Assembly (NCBI GenBank): GCA_000002435.2
Contig: CM018792.1
Direction: 5' to 3' (one strand)
Source of the DNA: Giardia intestinalis
Lineage: Eukaryota
DNA: 64,000 nt
The translations under genes were made by a program, and so were the position numbers. The stretch's first letter is position 1; the number at the start of each line of letters is the position of its first letter. Shown here piece by piece: positions 10,001-19,441 of this stretch. Under the pieces are notes generated by a model. That model saw only the letters and a list, made by a program, of their open reading frames with translations, ran no database searches and was not told the origin of the DNA.

Positions 10001-12224
10001 TGAGTGGATCATATAATTCTATAGTTGTTGCACTAATGCTATCGTCCGAGTGAGTATAAAGTATACTGTACAAGGTCTCTGCAGGAAACGGAGTTTGCAC
10101 AGAGTCAGCCACATGCCGGAAGTGGAGTATTCCAGCAAGTGATGCCAATAGGGCAGAGACGCATTGTGCTCCAGTGGATGACGCAACCAATCCACCAATG
10201 TGGGATAGAAGAAGACGGTGAAGATCGATGAGAAAATCTACATGAGAGAGCATCCTAGAGACAGTAGTGGAGTAAGACGTAGAGGTGCAAATGACGTGGG
10301 AGAATAAGCTAAAGCCCAGGTGAGACTCTGAATTAGCGATGAGAAGAGGGATGGAACAGTCAGGTTCCTTGGTCTGCTGTGCCACTTGAGTCACACAACT
10401 GCAATGAAGTAATGCCTGGACGCTTGCAAATGATACTCTGCAGGTATCCTTCCGACCTGCTTCGAGAGATAAAAGACACAAAAGGCAGGGTAGTGCTGAA
10501 ATAGCTCTAACCAGTCCCTCTAAATTAAGATCTTCCTTCTTTTCAGAAGCATGCAGCGCACTTTCTACAAAAGCACGTAAAAGGTCTAGAATCTTTGAGT
10601 GAGGGTAGCGATTAGCAGAGTCCTCAACAACGGTTGGAAGACAATAATCATGGGATAGTAAGCGATAGAGAGATAGAGCTGTGGCTAGAACGGTTGATGG
10701 AGTTAAGGCATTAATGAATACTTCACTGGTGATGAGTCTCTTGATTGTGCAATTCCAAGATATAAGTGAAAAACCACAAATATATAGCATTGGAACGTTT
10801 GTCTGCTTTCCTACATTCTTAGAATCCTTAGCCGATAGAGAATAAAGAGCTTTGAAGAGGGAGAAGTTTTGCACCGTGCTGCCTATGCTTTCTGATGACT
10901 CAAAGGATATGCCAAACTCAGTTTCTACTGTATCTATTGCAGTGCTCAATGACACACTATCATTAGTCAATAACATATTATATTGTGCAGTAGTCAAAGC
11001 ATCGAGTAAGGGCGCCAAATTGAAATGTGGACCAGGCTCAAGATCTGCCTCGTACACAGGAAAGATGTGCGAGGTGATAGCCAGACAAGTGTGGGTGACA
11101 AGGCATCTGGCTTGCAGTAAGGGAAGAAAGGCTTTTTCTGGTATGCTATTGGTCGAGTAGTATCCAGAAGACTCTGCCTCACGTAACGTCAGCAGTGCTA
11201 TCAAAAGAGTTTGGGACGATTGGTGATACTTGAGCAAAGAAACTGCAATGCTCAGAAGCATGTTGAAAGAGTAAATATATGTCAGTAAAAAAAGAGTGAC
11301 AGACGAAGGAGCTAGAGGGTTGTCCGGATTCATCAAAATAGCAGATAGCAAAAATGTAAACAGACACTGTGGCGAGTACTGGCTCGGTGATAGTTCTTCA
11401 GAAGACATCTCAGTAAGTTGTGCAAATACGTCATCTGCGTTCTGAAACTCTGGACGACTATACTCAGAGAAATTAGTTGACGTGAAATTATGTATTCGTA
11501 CCTTGAGCGCAGTTACCAATGTAGAGTCTATATCAAAGTTATATTTGATGGCTTGCTCTAAAGTCAATGCAGTTAGCCATAAAATGGAATCAATACTTTC
11601 TACAGGTTCTCGTAGCATTCTCATTAACGATGTCGTGGATAAAAGGCAAAGGATGCAATCATCTAACAACGGCGTTAGCACTTTCTGTTTAATATTTTCT
11701 GGTAACTCCATCTGCAGGAGCCTCACAATGCGTTGTTCTGCTTCAATGCGCAAGCACACGGGAACGTTTTTTACAGAAGAGGCATTGTAAATAGACAAGA
11801 GGAAGCATAGAGCAGACCCTGTCGCTATCGCACCGAACGCCTTCTGCTTAACTCCCGCGTCGACCAAACGAAAAAGTGTGTTAACCAGTAGTGTTGTCTT
11901 GGCATCAGCCGCGTATCTCTGCTGCATGGTAATGGGCTCAACGAAGGCCTTCGCCAAGACTTTCTCCAGATGAAGAGTCACAGGCCCAGATTGTACAGTA
12001 TTAATGATTAGGTTCAGAATCGGAAGGTGTGCGGCGCGGAAATTCTCATCTAAAAGCTGAGTGATAAGAATACAGAGAGATTCCTGGACTCCCAAGCTCA
12101 ACTCAGAACACTCCTGTGGATAGGCAGACAAGGCATCCTCTATGTCTCTGATCATACTTCTCATGTCTTCGGTCTTGGTGAGCGTTTTGCAAGAGCTGAG
12201 GGAGGGAAGGATTATGTGGGGCAT
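7038..12224 (-). CDS. very large hypothetical protein (1728 aa), Leu/Ser-rich, possibly helical-repeat scaffold
   Basis: Uninterrupted 5.2-kb ORF with no enzymatic motif recognised. Its 5' end overlaps ORF 12142-14103 on the opposite strand, so the true start may be an internal Met (e.g. MRSMIRD at ~12164). Confidence 0.6.
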   Translation of the reverse strand: MPHIILPSLSSCKTLTKTEDMRSMIRDIEDALSAYPQECSELSLGVQESLCILITQLLDENFRAAHLPILNLIINTVQSGPVTLHLEKVLAKAFVEPITMQQRYAADAKTTLLVNTLFRLVDAGVKQKAFGAIATGSALCFLLSIYNASSVKNVPVCLRIEAEQRIVRLLQMELPENIKQKVLTPLLDDCILCLLSTTSLMRMLREPVESIDSILWLTALTLEQAIKYNFDIDSTLVTALKVRIHNFTSTNFSEYSRPEFQNADDVFAQLTEMSSEELSPSQYSPQCLFTFLLSAILMNPDNPLAPSSVTLFLLTYIYSFNMLLSIAVSLLKYHQSSQTLLIALLTLREAESSGYYSTNSIPEKAFLPLLQARCLVTHTCLAITSHIFPVYEADLEPGPHFNLAPLLDALTTAQYNMLLTNDSVSLSTAIDTVETEFGISFESSESIGSTVQNFSLFKALYSLSAKDSKNVGKQTNVPMLYICGFSLISWNCTIKRLITSEVFINALTPSTVLATALSLYRLLSHDYCLPTVVEDSANRYPHSKILDLLRAFVESALHASEKKEDLNLEGLVRAISALPCLLCLLSLEAGRKDTCRVSFASVQALLHCSCVTQVAQQTKEPDCSIPLLIANSESHLGFSLFSHVICTSTSYSTTVSRMLSHVDFLIDLHRLLLSHIGGLVASSTGAQCVSALLASLAGILHFRHVADSVQTPFPAETLYSILYTHSDDSISATTIELYDPLNETILLGQEISSKLNSNSLDCNSVLFSVIDERKRKSLQRSASSVEEFTSICIQTQARLLFRISHDSKWPEWRQRLLESAAMARVCESFNAQFYDGLIEINEKDLSLLFGYGLLLGALTLRSLDEFDMSSEIKEQLIDSLTTQSLFGRDDLLLLFPSSFRKLHSLLGLLASTETFLCTLSQLCLALTDDYKPSMTILPNATPGSDSTAANESRILLQLTLVSQIIMYIPILCQDKLPSQAVMKIHQNCVGLLASILSNYHALDRVSTFADKFLHAYFLILHRLFDFLDSKLVDAIEYLQVYESVLTCSGSQSDDCFKELWCIGLLRVVRLCSTPISVMRIKIVELLCKIVGSYLSVCTPVDILVLTRDVLFKSISILITCSPSTSRKATSSPAATIVSCHHIFFTSCMSVVSSAAYPLKIQVIRAFISLTHSLSVATGLSMVDDSIRLFCMGMKPDDVQLMHSDDGVTKATNLSFEELFSRIMQYPLMDSFFPEIFQKSLEHSPWLSLLSDLGDEDAMLSLTALLEDILSLLVIDGKASCQSSAVLLDLCSTVFSLLPRLTESIEIATRIIINAITLISMIISVEEGAEQSRPEIEKALNEIPVRLAKELVCKCNTQRQDSYLKTEACLSTLFSYALSNEAVFTSIFTCLYELLKQSSDQEGLCRLLSVQLSNAFVSSCSVGTFGPKTLSLCLSIILTLYISLLLTEAGNLAESLSIAAVSCAVLRLEAYPQLHLILTLAIYNNYPMFKDVIDDDVLYLIISRFLPYSNRYSADASSNNRAQSTSVVSSFELFAYGNIDSELISIISSFPQSKREEAALALEQLSVFYSYNKSNQEFLVTIDSTSLHQFLFNTALFTLSLYMESVSTLKKCISLIKNVLAHVEYNYLHFHAIPPSEKLYKHVSTLLQYIIEHTFPLSVASSILPHGSMPLLYYTSDRDSVFATTLMRPQLFALQTSFFHFFKVCRDLPLSRQIELIYLESLSAEMRVM

Positions 12225-14103
12225 TCCTTTTAATAAAATGCCTGTATCATCGTGTATTGCAACCTTGCTTCCACGATGCTTTGGAGACGAGGTTACCTAC
12301 CTACATGTGAACAGGTTCAAGGAAATTTACAAGACCTATTTGAAGAAAATGCATTTATTTTTGGAACGCTATTATGCAATCTCACTAGCCTTCTGCACAG
12401 AAATCTACGGTGGAAAGCAGCATCATTTGTTCCCACCAGAGTGGGAGGGTGATATGGCATTTTTACATAGCACTCCAGCCCTATTTCTTGGAGCGATTGA
12501 ATTGAAGGATTTAACGTTAGTTCAATTGGAAAAGTTAAAGCAAGCCGGTACCGGCATCAGTGCTTCTCTTCTAGAGTTCCTTCAACTTGCTAGAGATCTG
12601 TCTCTATCCCGTGCTCACTTCAATCCATTGTCTGCGGATCAATGCGAGTCTATAATTAGGTACATAAGACACATTTCTCTGTCTAATGCTCTGCTATTCA
12701 ACTGTGCACAGAAGAAAGCATTGGAGGTCTTCTTTCTCAGCACTATTGTCGATGTCTTAATATGCCGTGAAGAGCTCATTAAGAAGGTGCAAACAGAGCA
12801 GGAAACAGCCCTTAGCAGCAGTAAAATGCGAGATGCACGGACGTATATTCTTTCTAAGATATCGTTTTACCAAGATATCAAAACTGCATTGATCAAGTGG
12901 CGTGAAGGCTGCTCTGTGCAGTTCCCTAGTACGGAACTGACAGAACTAGACTTTGGTGCTGGACGTGGCTATTACAGTGTGTATAAAGCCATCGAATTAG
13001 ACAGAAGGATGATAGCAATTGAGGGCAGCCTAAAACATGCCGAAGGACTGTGTCGATACATTGCAGGGGTGAAGCCGAACGAAGCAGTACAAACCACTAG
13101 AAGTACAACTGTCTCTGTATCACTGAGTATGTTGCGGGTGGCGCTACTATATGTGGATGACAGTACCTCAGGAGCAAGGATTGAAGCAGTGAGCGTGCCA
13201 ATTCAAGAGTTGTCTGGTAGAGTCCATAGAGTTAAGAGCAATGCTCACATACGTGGCAGTGTGATTCAAGGAGCGCAGCTCCCCAATCTATCACTCACTA
13301 CAAGTCCTGTGATAACTCCACCAATCCCCTGTCTGAGCCCCGCTGACACAGGTCGGCAGTACTCAGCCATTGGTCTGCATGCATGTGGTCCTCTCTCTGT
13401 TATTGCGCTGAGGATGTTAATGCAGAAGGACGTCACATCTGCCTTTACTATCCCTTGTTGCTATGGGCATCTCACAAAGGATACATTCCCTATCAGTGAC
13501 CAAGGATCTGCTCTTATCAACGGTTTTTTCTCTGCAACGAAAGTCAAGGAGATGTTTCGAGAGTATCATGCCGACACTATTCCGAGGGAATTTCTCACCT
13601 ATGCTGCGTCTGATAGTGTGTTCACTTGGCCAGAGGTAATAGAAACCATACAATCGTATTGGGCCCGCGCCACTGTGGAACTGGCAAGACGACAGCAGTC
13701 TCCCACTTCTGTCAAGCGGACTCTAGACAAAGATCTGAAAGAGCTTCTCTGTGGAGACAACGCCAGCCTTGCTAAAGCCATAGTGCTGGATCTGCAAAGG
13801 AGCGCTAGGCTGGAGCATGCATCTTGTTCAACTGCTGCTGGAGACAGCTCAACAGACGCAGAGCACCAGAAAACGGCACGAAACGCAATAGAGTATGCAA
13901 CATTATATAGGTGGGCAATGCAGGCACACTATCTCGCACGCAAAGTCAGCGGCCATGTCTTTGAAACATTTATTCTAATGGACCGGCTTGCAGGGCTGAT
14001 AGAGTTAGCCGAGAGATTCTCGCTGCAGCTCTGCGCAGGCATCCTCCCTGCACTGACAGAACTCTCCCCACGCGGATTCCTTGTATATGGATTTAAATGG
14101 TAA
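12142..14103 (+). CDS. METTL25-like (Methyltransf_32) methyltransferase-domain protein (653 aa)
   Basis: Motifs 'DFGAGRGYYSVY' (SAM-binding Gly-rich loop, cf. METTL25 'DxGxGKGYLS') and 'IGLHACGPLS' (cf. 'LHACGDL'). The start is ambiguous; candidate Mets lie at 12142, 12214 and 12238 because of overlap with the divergent gene. Confidence 0.55.
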   Translation: MSLIILLMSSVLVSVLQELREGRIMWGIPFNKMPVSSCIATLLPRCFGDEVTYLHVNRFKEIYKTYLKKMHLFLERYYAISLAFCTEIYGGKQHHLFPPEWEGDMAFLHSTPALFLGAIELKDLTLVQLEKLKQAGTGISASLLEFLQLARDLSLSRAHFNPLSADQCESIIRYIRHISLSNALLFNCAQKKALEVFFLSTIVDVLICREELIKKVQTEQETALSSSKMRDARTYILSKISFYQDIKTALIKWREGCSVQFPSTELTELDFGAGRGYYSVYKAIELDRRMIAIEGSLKHAEGLCRYIAGVKPNEAVQTTRSTTVSVSLSMLRVALLYVDDSTSGARIEAVSVPIQELSGRVHRVKSNAHIRGSVIQGAQLPNLSLTTSPVITPPIPCLSPADTGRQYSAIGLHACGPLSVIALRMLMQKDVTSAFTIPCCYGHLTKDTFPISDQGSALINGFFSATKVKEMFREYHADTIPREFLTYAASDSVFTWPEVIETIQSYWARATVELARRQQSPTSVKRTLDKDLKELLCGDNASLAKAIVLDLQRSARLEHASCSTAAGDSSTDAEHQKTARNAIEYATLYRWAMQAHYLARKVSGHVFETFILMDRLAGLIELAERFSLQLCAGILPALTELSPRGFLVYGFKW

Positions 14104-15179
14104 ATTTGGAGCTAATCCAGAGCAGTCGGAATCTCTGCAAATTGGCGCAGATATTGCAGGACAATAACTTGTCAGATGATGAGACATCATCCCAAGAATT
14201 AGATACATTAATCGTTGCTAGCCGCAGAGCCCTGACCAGGACTGTGAATAACTACTATGCTATGTCTCCGCTATCAGCGATGCACAGTGAGCAGACGATC
14301 GATCTACAACAAGGCACGGTGTACTTTTTCCGTGACGACTTGCTCATTGACTTGCAGAAGCTTCCTGGTTTCTTCAAAGATTGTTTGTTGTCCTCAGGCA
14401 CTGTGAGTCACCAAATCACAGACTACTTACGAGACTTTTCATTACTAAGTAGCGATGCTGTGCAGGTGCTCATGGCAAGAGTTTGCTATCTTGGTAAGGG
14501 TGTACTTAGACACTTCGACACTGCCGACAGTCCCCCTCTTGTGTTTGGAAATTCCAGTGCATCTATTTTACGGGAGATTATCAAGACAGAGTGCTGCATA
14601 CTGAGCTTACTTGTTCAACTCCGGTCACTTGCAGATTATAGCTTCCAGGTTTACTCTGCACTCACTTACCTTCTGCCCGCAGCTATAGTTTCTTTGGAGG
14701 AGTGCGGTTATGATTCTGTAAAAGCTTTGTCTGCGATATTGGACGTCTTACTCTGGGCGAGCGATGACGGCAAGGCGGTCTTTTACACAACCTTTCGTAT
14801 GGCTATCTTTTCTACAAAGCAGCGCAATCAAGGATTATATAATCAAATACTGCAGCTGATAGCCGCGAAGATTGACCTAGTCATAAAGGATCCACTCAAG
14901 TGCATGGATATCGTTCTATTGTCGGACCCCCAATCCTCAATGCAACAGACGCAGTTTTTAATATTTCTACATATACTGTGCTCAAGCAATCTTTGGGATA
15001 CCCTGGAACTTACTGACAAATTGAAGCTTGAACTATCCATTCAAGCATATTACGCGATGCTTGTAAAGGAACTCCGTAACCCCTCGGGATCAACCACCAA
15101 TCCCAATTATATGTACGAAGTACATCTACTAATTCAATTCTTAGGGTTGAAATACTCTACAGAAGTTCGTAAAAATTAA
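14097..15179 (+). CDS. hypothetical protein (360 aa)
   Basis: The ATG overlaps the stop of the upstream gene (ATGgTAA at 14097-14103). Long ORF with no domain recognised. Confidence 0.45.
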   Translation: MVNLELIQSSRNLCKLAQILQDNNLSDDETSSQELDTLIVASRRALTRTVNNYYAMSPLSAMHSEQTIDLQQGTVYFFRDDLLIDLQKLPGFFKDCLLSSGTVSHQITDYLRDFSLLSSDAVQVLMARVCYLGKGVLRHFDTADSPPLVFGNSSASILREIIKTECCILSLLVQLRSLADYSFQVYSALTYLLPAAIVSLEECGYDSVKALSAILDVLLWASDDGKAVFYTTFRMAIFSTKQRNQGLYNQILQLIAAKIDLVIKDPLKCMDIVLLSDPQSSMQQTQFLIFLHILCSSNLWDTLELTDKLKLELSIQAYYAMLVKELRNPSGSTTNPNYMYEVHLLIQFLGLKYSTEVRKN

Positions 15180-15215
15180 AATCTACCAGAGGCGAAGGCT
15201 TTACCTCCTGTTCCC

Positions 15216-17249
15216 ATGGTCCCCCTGTCCCAGATAAGCAAGAGCATTGAATCATTCACCCATCTGTGTGCATGCGAGAAGTCTCTAACTGCCTTCTCTG
15301 CGTCTTTACAGCACACCGCCGATGCTATATTTGCACGCTGCAGCTCCATGAAGGAGGCTAACGATCTCGTCACAAAGGCCTTCAGCAGCGTCGCCGACCA
15401 AAAGAGCTCTATACAAGAGCTGACTCAGATGGCAAATGAGTACTTATTGCCACTGGAGAGCGAGTCGTCCCTTTTTGTCGATCCATTAAACAGTGTAAGC
15501 TTTCACACAGCAGCCCTCGAGCTCGTGAGACACATAATAAAACTGAACCTCAAGCAGCTGCTCTCAAAAAGTCTTGCACAGTATCTAAACTCCATAGTCA
15601 GCAGAGAGTACCTGTTGGCATCGGACATATTTACCGACACTGCAGACTTGCGGATAATTAAGATACACCAGCTCATAACCAGAACTGTCGATAGGTATTA
15701 TGACGTGGAAGGGTTCATGCTCAAGCACTTCACAGAGTATCTTTATCGGGTAAAGGCCCTTATTCCTAAGCTTGCAACAACAGATAGTGTGCTATTCACC
15801 ACTTCTCCGCCTTTCCCGTGGTCATCCAAGATGAAGACGCGTTCGTTTCATAGCTACTCTATGGTATCTCTGACATCTTGGCAGGGGTCTCCCGCAGCGG
15901 ATGTGCTCTCTTCTGTAGCGTCAGCACTGGCTAACCTTGATCCTGAAAAATTGTCCAAGCAAGCCAGGGAGAGCATTCTTCCCTGGCTCAACACTGTGTG
16001 CAACTATATTGAGCAAGGTCTCACCGCCTGCTATTCAACGGTCATAGTGTTGTTGTATCTCAAGCCAGTGATACTGACAAATATTCTTTCTTTGATGAAC
16101 AAGTGTCACGGGGTTATGCTCCCATGTATCTTTAAGTTGCAATCTTTTTCAAGTGGTACTACACTTAATAGTAGCATTTGCAGATCAATTAAGCCCCTGA
16201 TCTCATCATTGTGTGCAGAATCAGGGTCATTGCAGATCTGTGTCAACGGGAATAGCCTGAGTAATTACGCTGCAAAGCTTTCCACGCTTAGCAGCGCCTC
16301 TGCATCTTCAGAGAAGAATTTTCTCAACTCTATCATAGTAGGATATAGGGAGGTGTATGATCAATTACTGCGAGATTCACATGTCTGCAATCCTTGTTCC
16401 AATATGAAGGTTGACCACGAGATTGACGACCCTTCTGAAGGCTTTGTCGCTGCTCTCGCAATTGCTGAGTTTAATCCACTTGATCATAAGCACGCTACAA
16501 CCGAACTTGACGATTATATCTCTCGTTATCCTCCTAACAGTGTAGATTTATTGATCGGTAAACGACCTAGTTCAGCGTTGAAGAAAAATCCTTCTGTTGA
16601 CATTCCTATGAAGAGCATCATGGACGCAGGAGTTAAAGACCTAGTTATAAGGTGTCAGTCATTATATTCCCTCTCTAAACCATTTGTCGTGTACATTTAT
16701 AGTGCTCTTGAATTTTGTAGTGCATATGAGAAAGGAGACTCCTTATGGAACAAGCTGTTGTCTGTCTCACCGGATTTCTTCAACTTAACCATGGAAGAGC
16801 ATAAGAGTTCTATGCATATAGTTCTTCAAGAATTTGCAGCACACCTTCGACAGGAGCTGACAGATGCACTTGCATGTGTACCTATTGGTGAAAAACTGTG
16901 CATTCTTCAACTATGCCTCACTAATTCATGCGATGGAATTGCCGAGATGGTCGCAGAGAGCATCACAACATACATATTCAACATAACAAAGAGGAGGGAG
17001 AGCATCCGGACCATTGCTACTTCATCTGACTCCACATTTGCATTTATTACTGCGCTTCTGGCATACTTGCATAAAGCCTTAACGCTACTTCTTTCATACG
17101 CGTCGACTCGGATGCTGAATCTTGTCTCCAAGCTAATTAAAACTCTAGAGCATGAATATGTTACAATGGCGCACAAGATACACCGGGGCTGCACTGAAGC
17201 CACTCACCTCTCACGACTAGCTATTCTTACACACGCTAAGTATCTCTAG
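15216..17249 (+). CDS. hypothetical protein (677 aa)
   Basis: Long ORF. Its TAG stop shares the CTAG tetranucleotide with the convergent gene 17246-19441. Confidence 0.55.
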   Translation: MVPLSQISKSIESFTHLCACEKSLTAFSASLQHTADAIFARCSSMKEANDLVTKAFSSVADQKSSIQELTQMANEYLLPLESESSLFVDPLNSVSFHTAALELVRHIIKLNLKQLLSKSLAQYLNSIVSREYLLASDIFTDTADLRIIKIHQLITRTVDRYYDVEGFMLKHFTEYLYRVKALIPKLATTDSVLFTTSPPFPWSSKMKTRSFHSYSMVSLTSWQGSPAADVLSSVASALANLDPEKLSKQARESILPWLNTVCNYIEQGLTACYSTVIVLLYLKPVILTNILSLMNKCHGVMLPCIFKLQSFSSGTTLNSSICRSIKPLISSLCAESGSLQICVNGNSLSNYAAKLSTLSSASASSEKNFLNSIIVGYREVYDQLLRDSHVCNPCSNMKVDHEIDDPSEGFVAALAIAEFNPLDHKHATTELDDYISRYPPNSVDLLIGKRPSSALKKNPSVDIPMKSIMDAGVKDLVIRCQSLYSLSKPFVVYIYSALEFCSAYEKGDSLWNKLLSVSPDFFNLTMEEHKSSMHIVLQEFAAHLRQELTDALACVPIGEKLCILQLCLTNSCDGIAEMVAESITTYIFNITKRRESIRTIATSSDSTFAFITALLAYLHKALTLLLSYASTRMLNLVSKLIKTLEHEYVTMAHKIHRGCTEATHLSRLAILTHAKYL

Positions 17250-19441
17250 ATCCTGTACTTTTCCAATGCTAGTGCCAATCTATCACGTGTCGATGCAGTT
17301 ACAACCTTTTCTAAGCTGAGAATGACGTCTATTACTGCAAGCGCGACGTCGTTTAACTCTTTAACACGGCATAGGATGCGGAGACACATATCAGCCTTTT
17401 CTTCGCTAGACTCTATCTTTGCAAGACACGTCTTTATTGCTGTGGCTATGAATGTAGCTGCATTTGTTTCGCCGGGCTGAAGCTCTCTATACCACAGAGC
17501 TATCTGATCAAGTAGGTCGTTTATGATCTCTTTCCTTTTGCTAGGACGAATATCCGATATGAATAGGCCAACCTGCATCATGCTTTCCAGAATGGGTACG
17601 CTCTTTAGTGACCAAAGGTTTGTCCCTGCCCGCAGCACCTGATACGCATGAGCAGTAATGTCCTTCCATTGACTATCTGTCAGCCACTCGTTGATAATAG
17701 CTACTTTGATGAGTTCAGTCACGTGCTTATTTGCTCCACTCCATTGCACTTGAAGAATGAGTGTTTTCAGAAGTCTTTGAACCATGAGGCTATCAAATAG
17801 CTGCATTTCGGGCCCCATATAGAACATTGGGTGCCTCAACACAGGGAGCAGAAGGGAGCACAGAGTGTCAGTCACAAATCTGCGCTCATCAGCAGCATCT
17901 AGCGCTGACCCAGAACTGCGCGAAAAGGCCTCCTCCTTTAGAAACACAGAAATCCAACCACAGGAGATCAGTGTCTGAAGCCCTGCCACCAGTGGAGCAG
18001 TGCTTTCCGTGGATACTTGTGAGGTTGCACACACTAAGCTAGCTATAGGAAGAGCAGGGTGAAAAGCACCTAACATATCTATGAGGTTAACTGCTCTGTA
18101 TGAAGCGTTGCAATTGCTCTTTTGTGCTTGTGATTGATCGAACAATAAGCCACCAGCGACAGAAGCAAAGAGATCCAGCCACGGTTTGAGACGCTTCCAC
18201 TCCATTTTTTGGTTCATTAAGCTGACAAGTAGCTTGATAAGGCTGTGATACCGATGGACCTCGTCCAAAGCTTTCCATAAAGGTCTACAGAGGGGATTGA
18301 TCCAAAATTTATTATTAACAGTTAAGCTAGAGATGTTGTAGTTGGATGATAATAAATCCATAGCCTTCAAGGCCACAAGAGCTGAGCCGATGTGTTCAGG
18401 AGAAAAAGCGGCTTCCTGCAATGCAGCCTCTATGCTATCTGATGTCGATAACGAATACGGATCGGTGTATAGTTCAACTACTTGACGAATCAATGCAAGT
18501 ATCGAGGGTACTAAAGGATGGTTGACTGCATGCTTAAGCGGGTCATCATCCGCAGAACTCCCAGTACTGGTCAAACCATGAGAAAGTAAGGGACAAGGAT
18601 TAGTGGACCTTTTGATGTATTCAAACTTATTTAGAAATGCGAGATAGCGAAACGGTCCGTCTGGATAGCGCATGAGTGTAGTTATTACTGGCTTGCTAAC
18701 AATCTGTAAAATAAACTCACCATCGGATTGAAACAGCGCCTCCTTTGATAAATTAACAATGTGAATATAGTTGTTGAAGGGAAAGCTTGGCTGGTTCGCA
18801 AGCAGAGCTGTGTATGTGAGAGATTTAAGTAGGTAGTAATCAACCGCATCTATCCCACCCGAGTCCGCTAGCGAGTCAAGGCGCCTTAGAAATAGGCTAC
18901 CTATTGTCTTGCTGTACTCAAAGCAGTGTAGAAGCCAGTACCAAACCAACAGTAGCGGGCAAGTGAGACAGATCTGTGGTAGATGTGCCAGTATGGTTTC
19001 CCACAGAGATTTGTGCATGTAAATTGGTAATGTAGACAGCCCCCAGCAAACAACAGCCCTAACAGCCGAGCTATTCTGATATTGAAACGCGTATTGTAAG
19101 AGACAAGTAAAGGCTTCTAAATCGGCGTCCTGAAGTAGCAAAGTGCGGCCGCAGCTTATTCCTAGTTGATCAGGTCCATACCTAGTCAGCAGTAGCTCTT
19201 CCAGTAGCACAATAGATATGCATCTGGTACGATGCCAGATGACCGTCCCCTGCTTTGGAGAGGCAGCAACACAGAAAGCTTGCCATAGCAGCTTAATTCT
19301 GTCCTCAGGGGTCATGCACAAATCCTGGTGGTGTAAGATGGATCGCACGTCTTCTGTGCCCGACGTCTGAAGGATACCCTCAACAGATGGATCGCACATA
19401 AATAAAAAAATCTGACAATTTATGGAGCACAAGATTCGCAC
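17246..19441 (-). CDS. hypothetical protein (731 aa), helical
   Basis: Long ORF convergent with 15216-17249 and overlapping it by 4 nt. Confidence 0.55.
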   Translation of the reverse strand: MRILCSINCQIFLFMCDPSVEGILQTSGTEDVRSILHHQDLCMTPEDRIKLLWQAFCVAASPKQGTVIWHRTRCISIVLLEELLLTRYGPDQLGISCGRTLLLQDADLEAFTCLLQYAFQYQNSSAVRAVVCWGLSTLPIYMHKSLWETILAHLPQICLTCPLLLVWYWLLHCFEYSKTIGSLFLRRLDSLADSGGIDAVDYYLLKSLTYTALLANQPSFPFNNYIHIVNLSKEALFQSDGEFILQIVSKPVITTLMRYPDGPFRYLAFLNKFEYIKRSTNPCPLLSHGLTSTGSSADDDPLKHAVNHPLVPSILALIRQVVELYTDPYSLSTSDSIEAALQEAAFSPEHIGSALVALKAMDLLSSNYNISSLTVNNKFWINPLCRPLWKALDEVHRYHSLIKLLVSLMNQKMEWKRLKPWLDLFASVAGGLLFDQSQAQKSNCNASYRAVNLIDMLGAFHPALPIASLVCATSQVSTESTAPLVAGLQTLISCGWISVFLKEEAFSRSSGSALDAADERRFVTDTLCSLLLPVLRHPMFYMGPEMQLFDSLMVQRLLKTLILQVQWSGANKHVTELIKVAIINEWLTDSQWKDITAHAYQVLRAGTNLWSLKSVPILESMMQVGLFISDIRPSKRKEIINDLLDQIALWYRELQPGETNAATFIATAIKTCLAKIESSEEKADMCLRILCRVKELNDVALAVIDVILSLEKVVTASTRDRLALALEKYRI

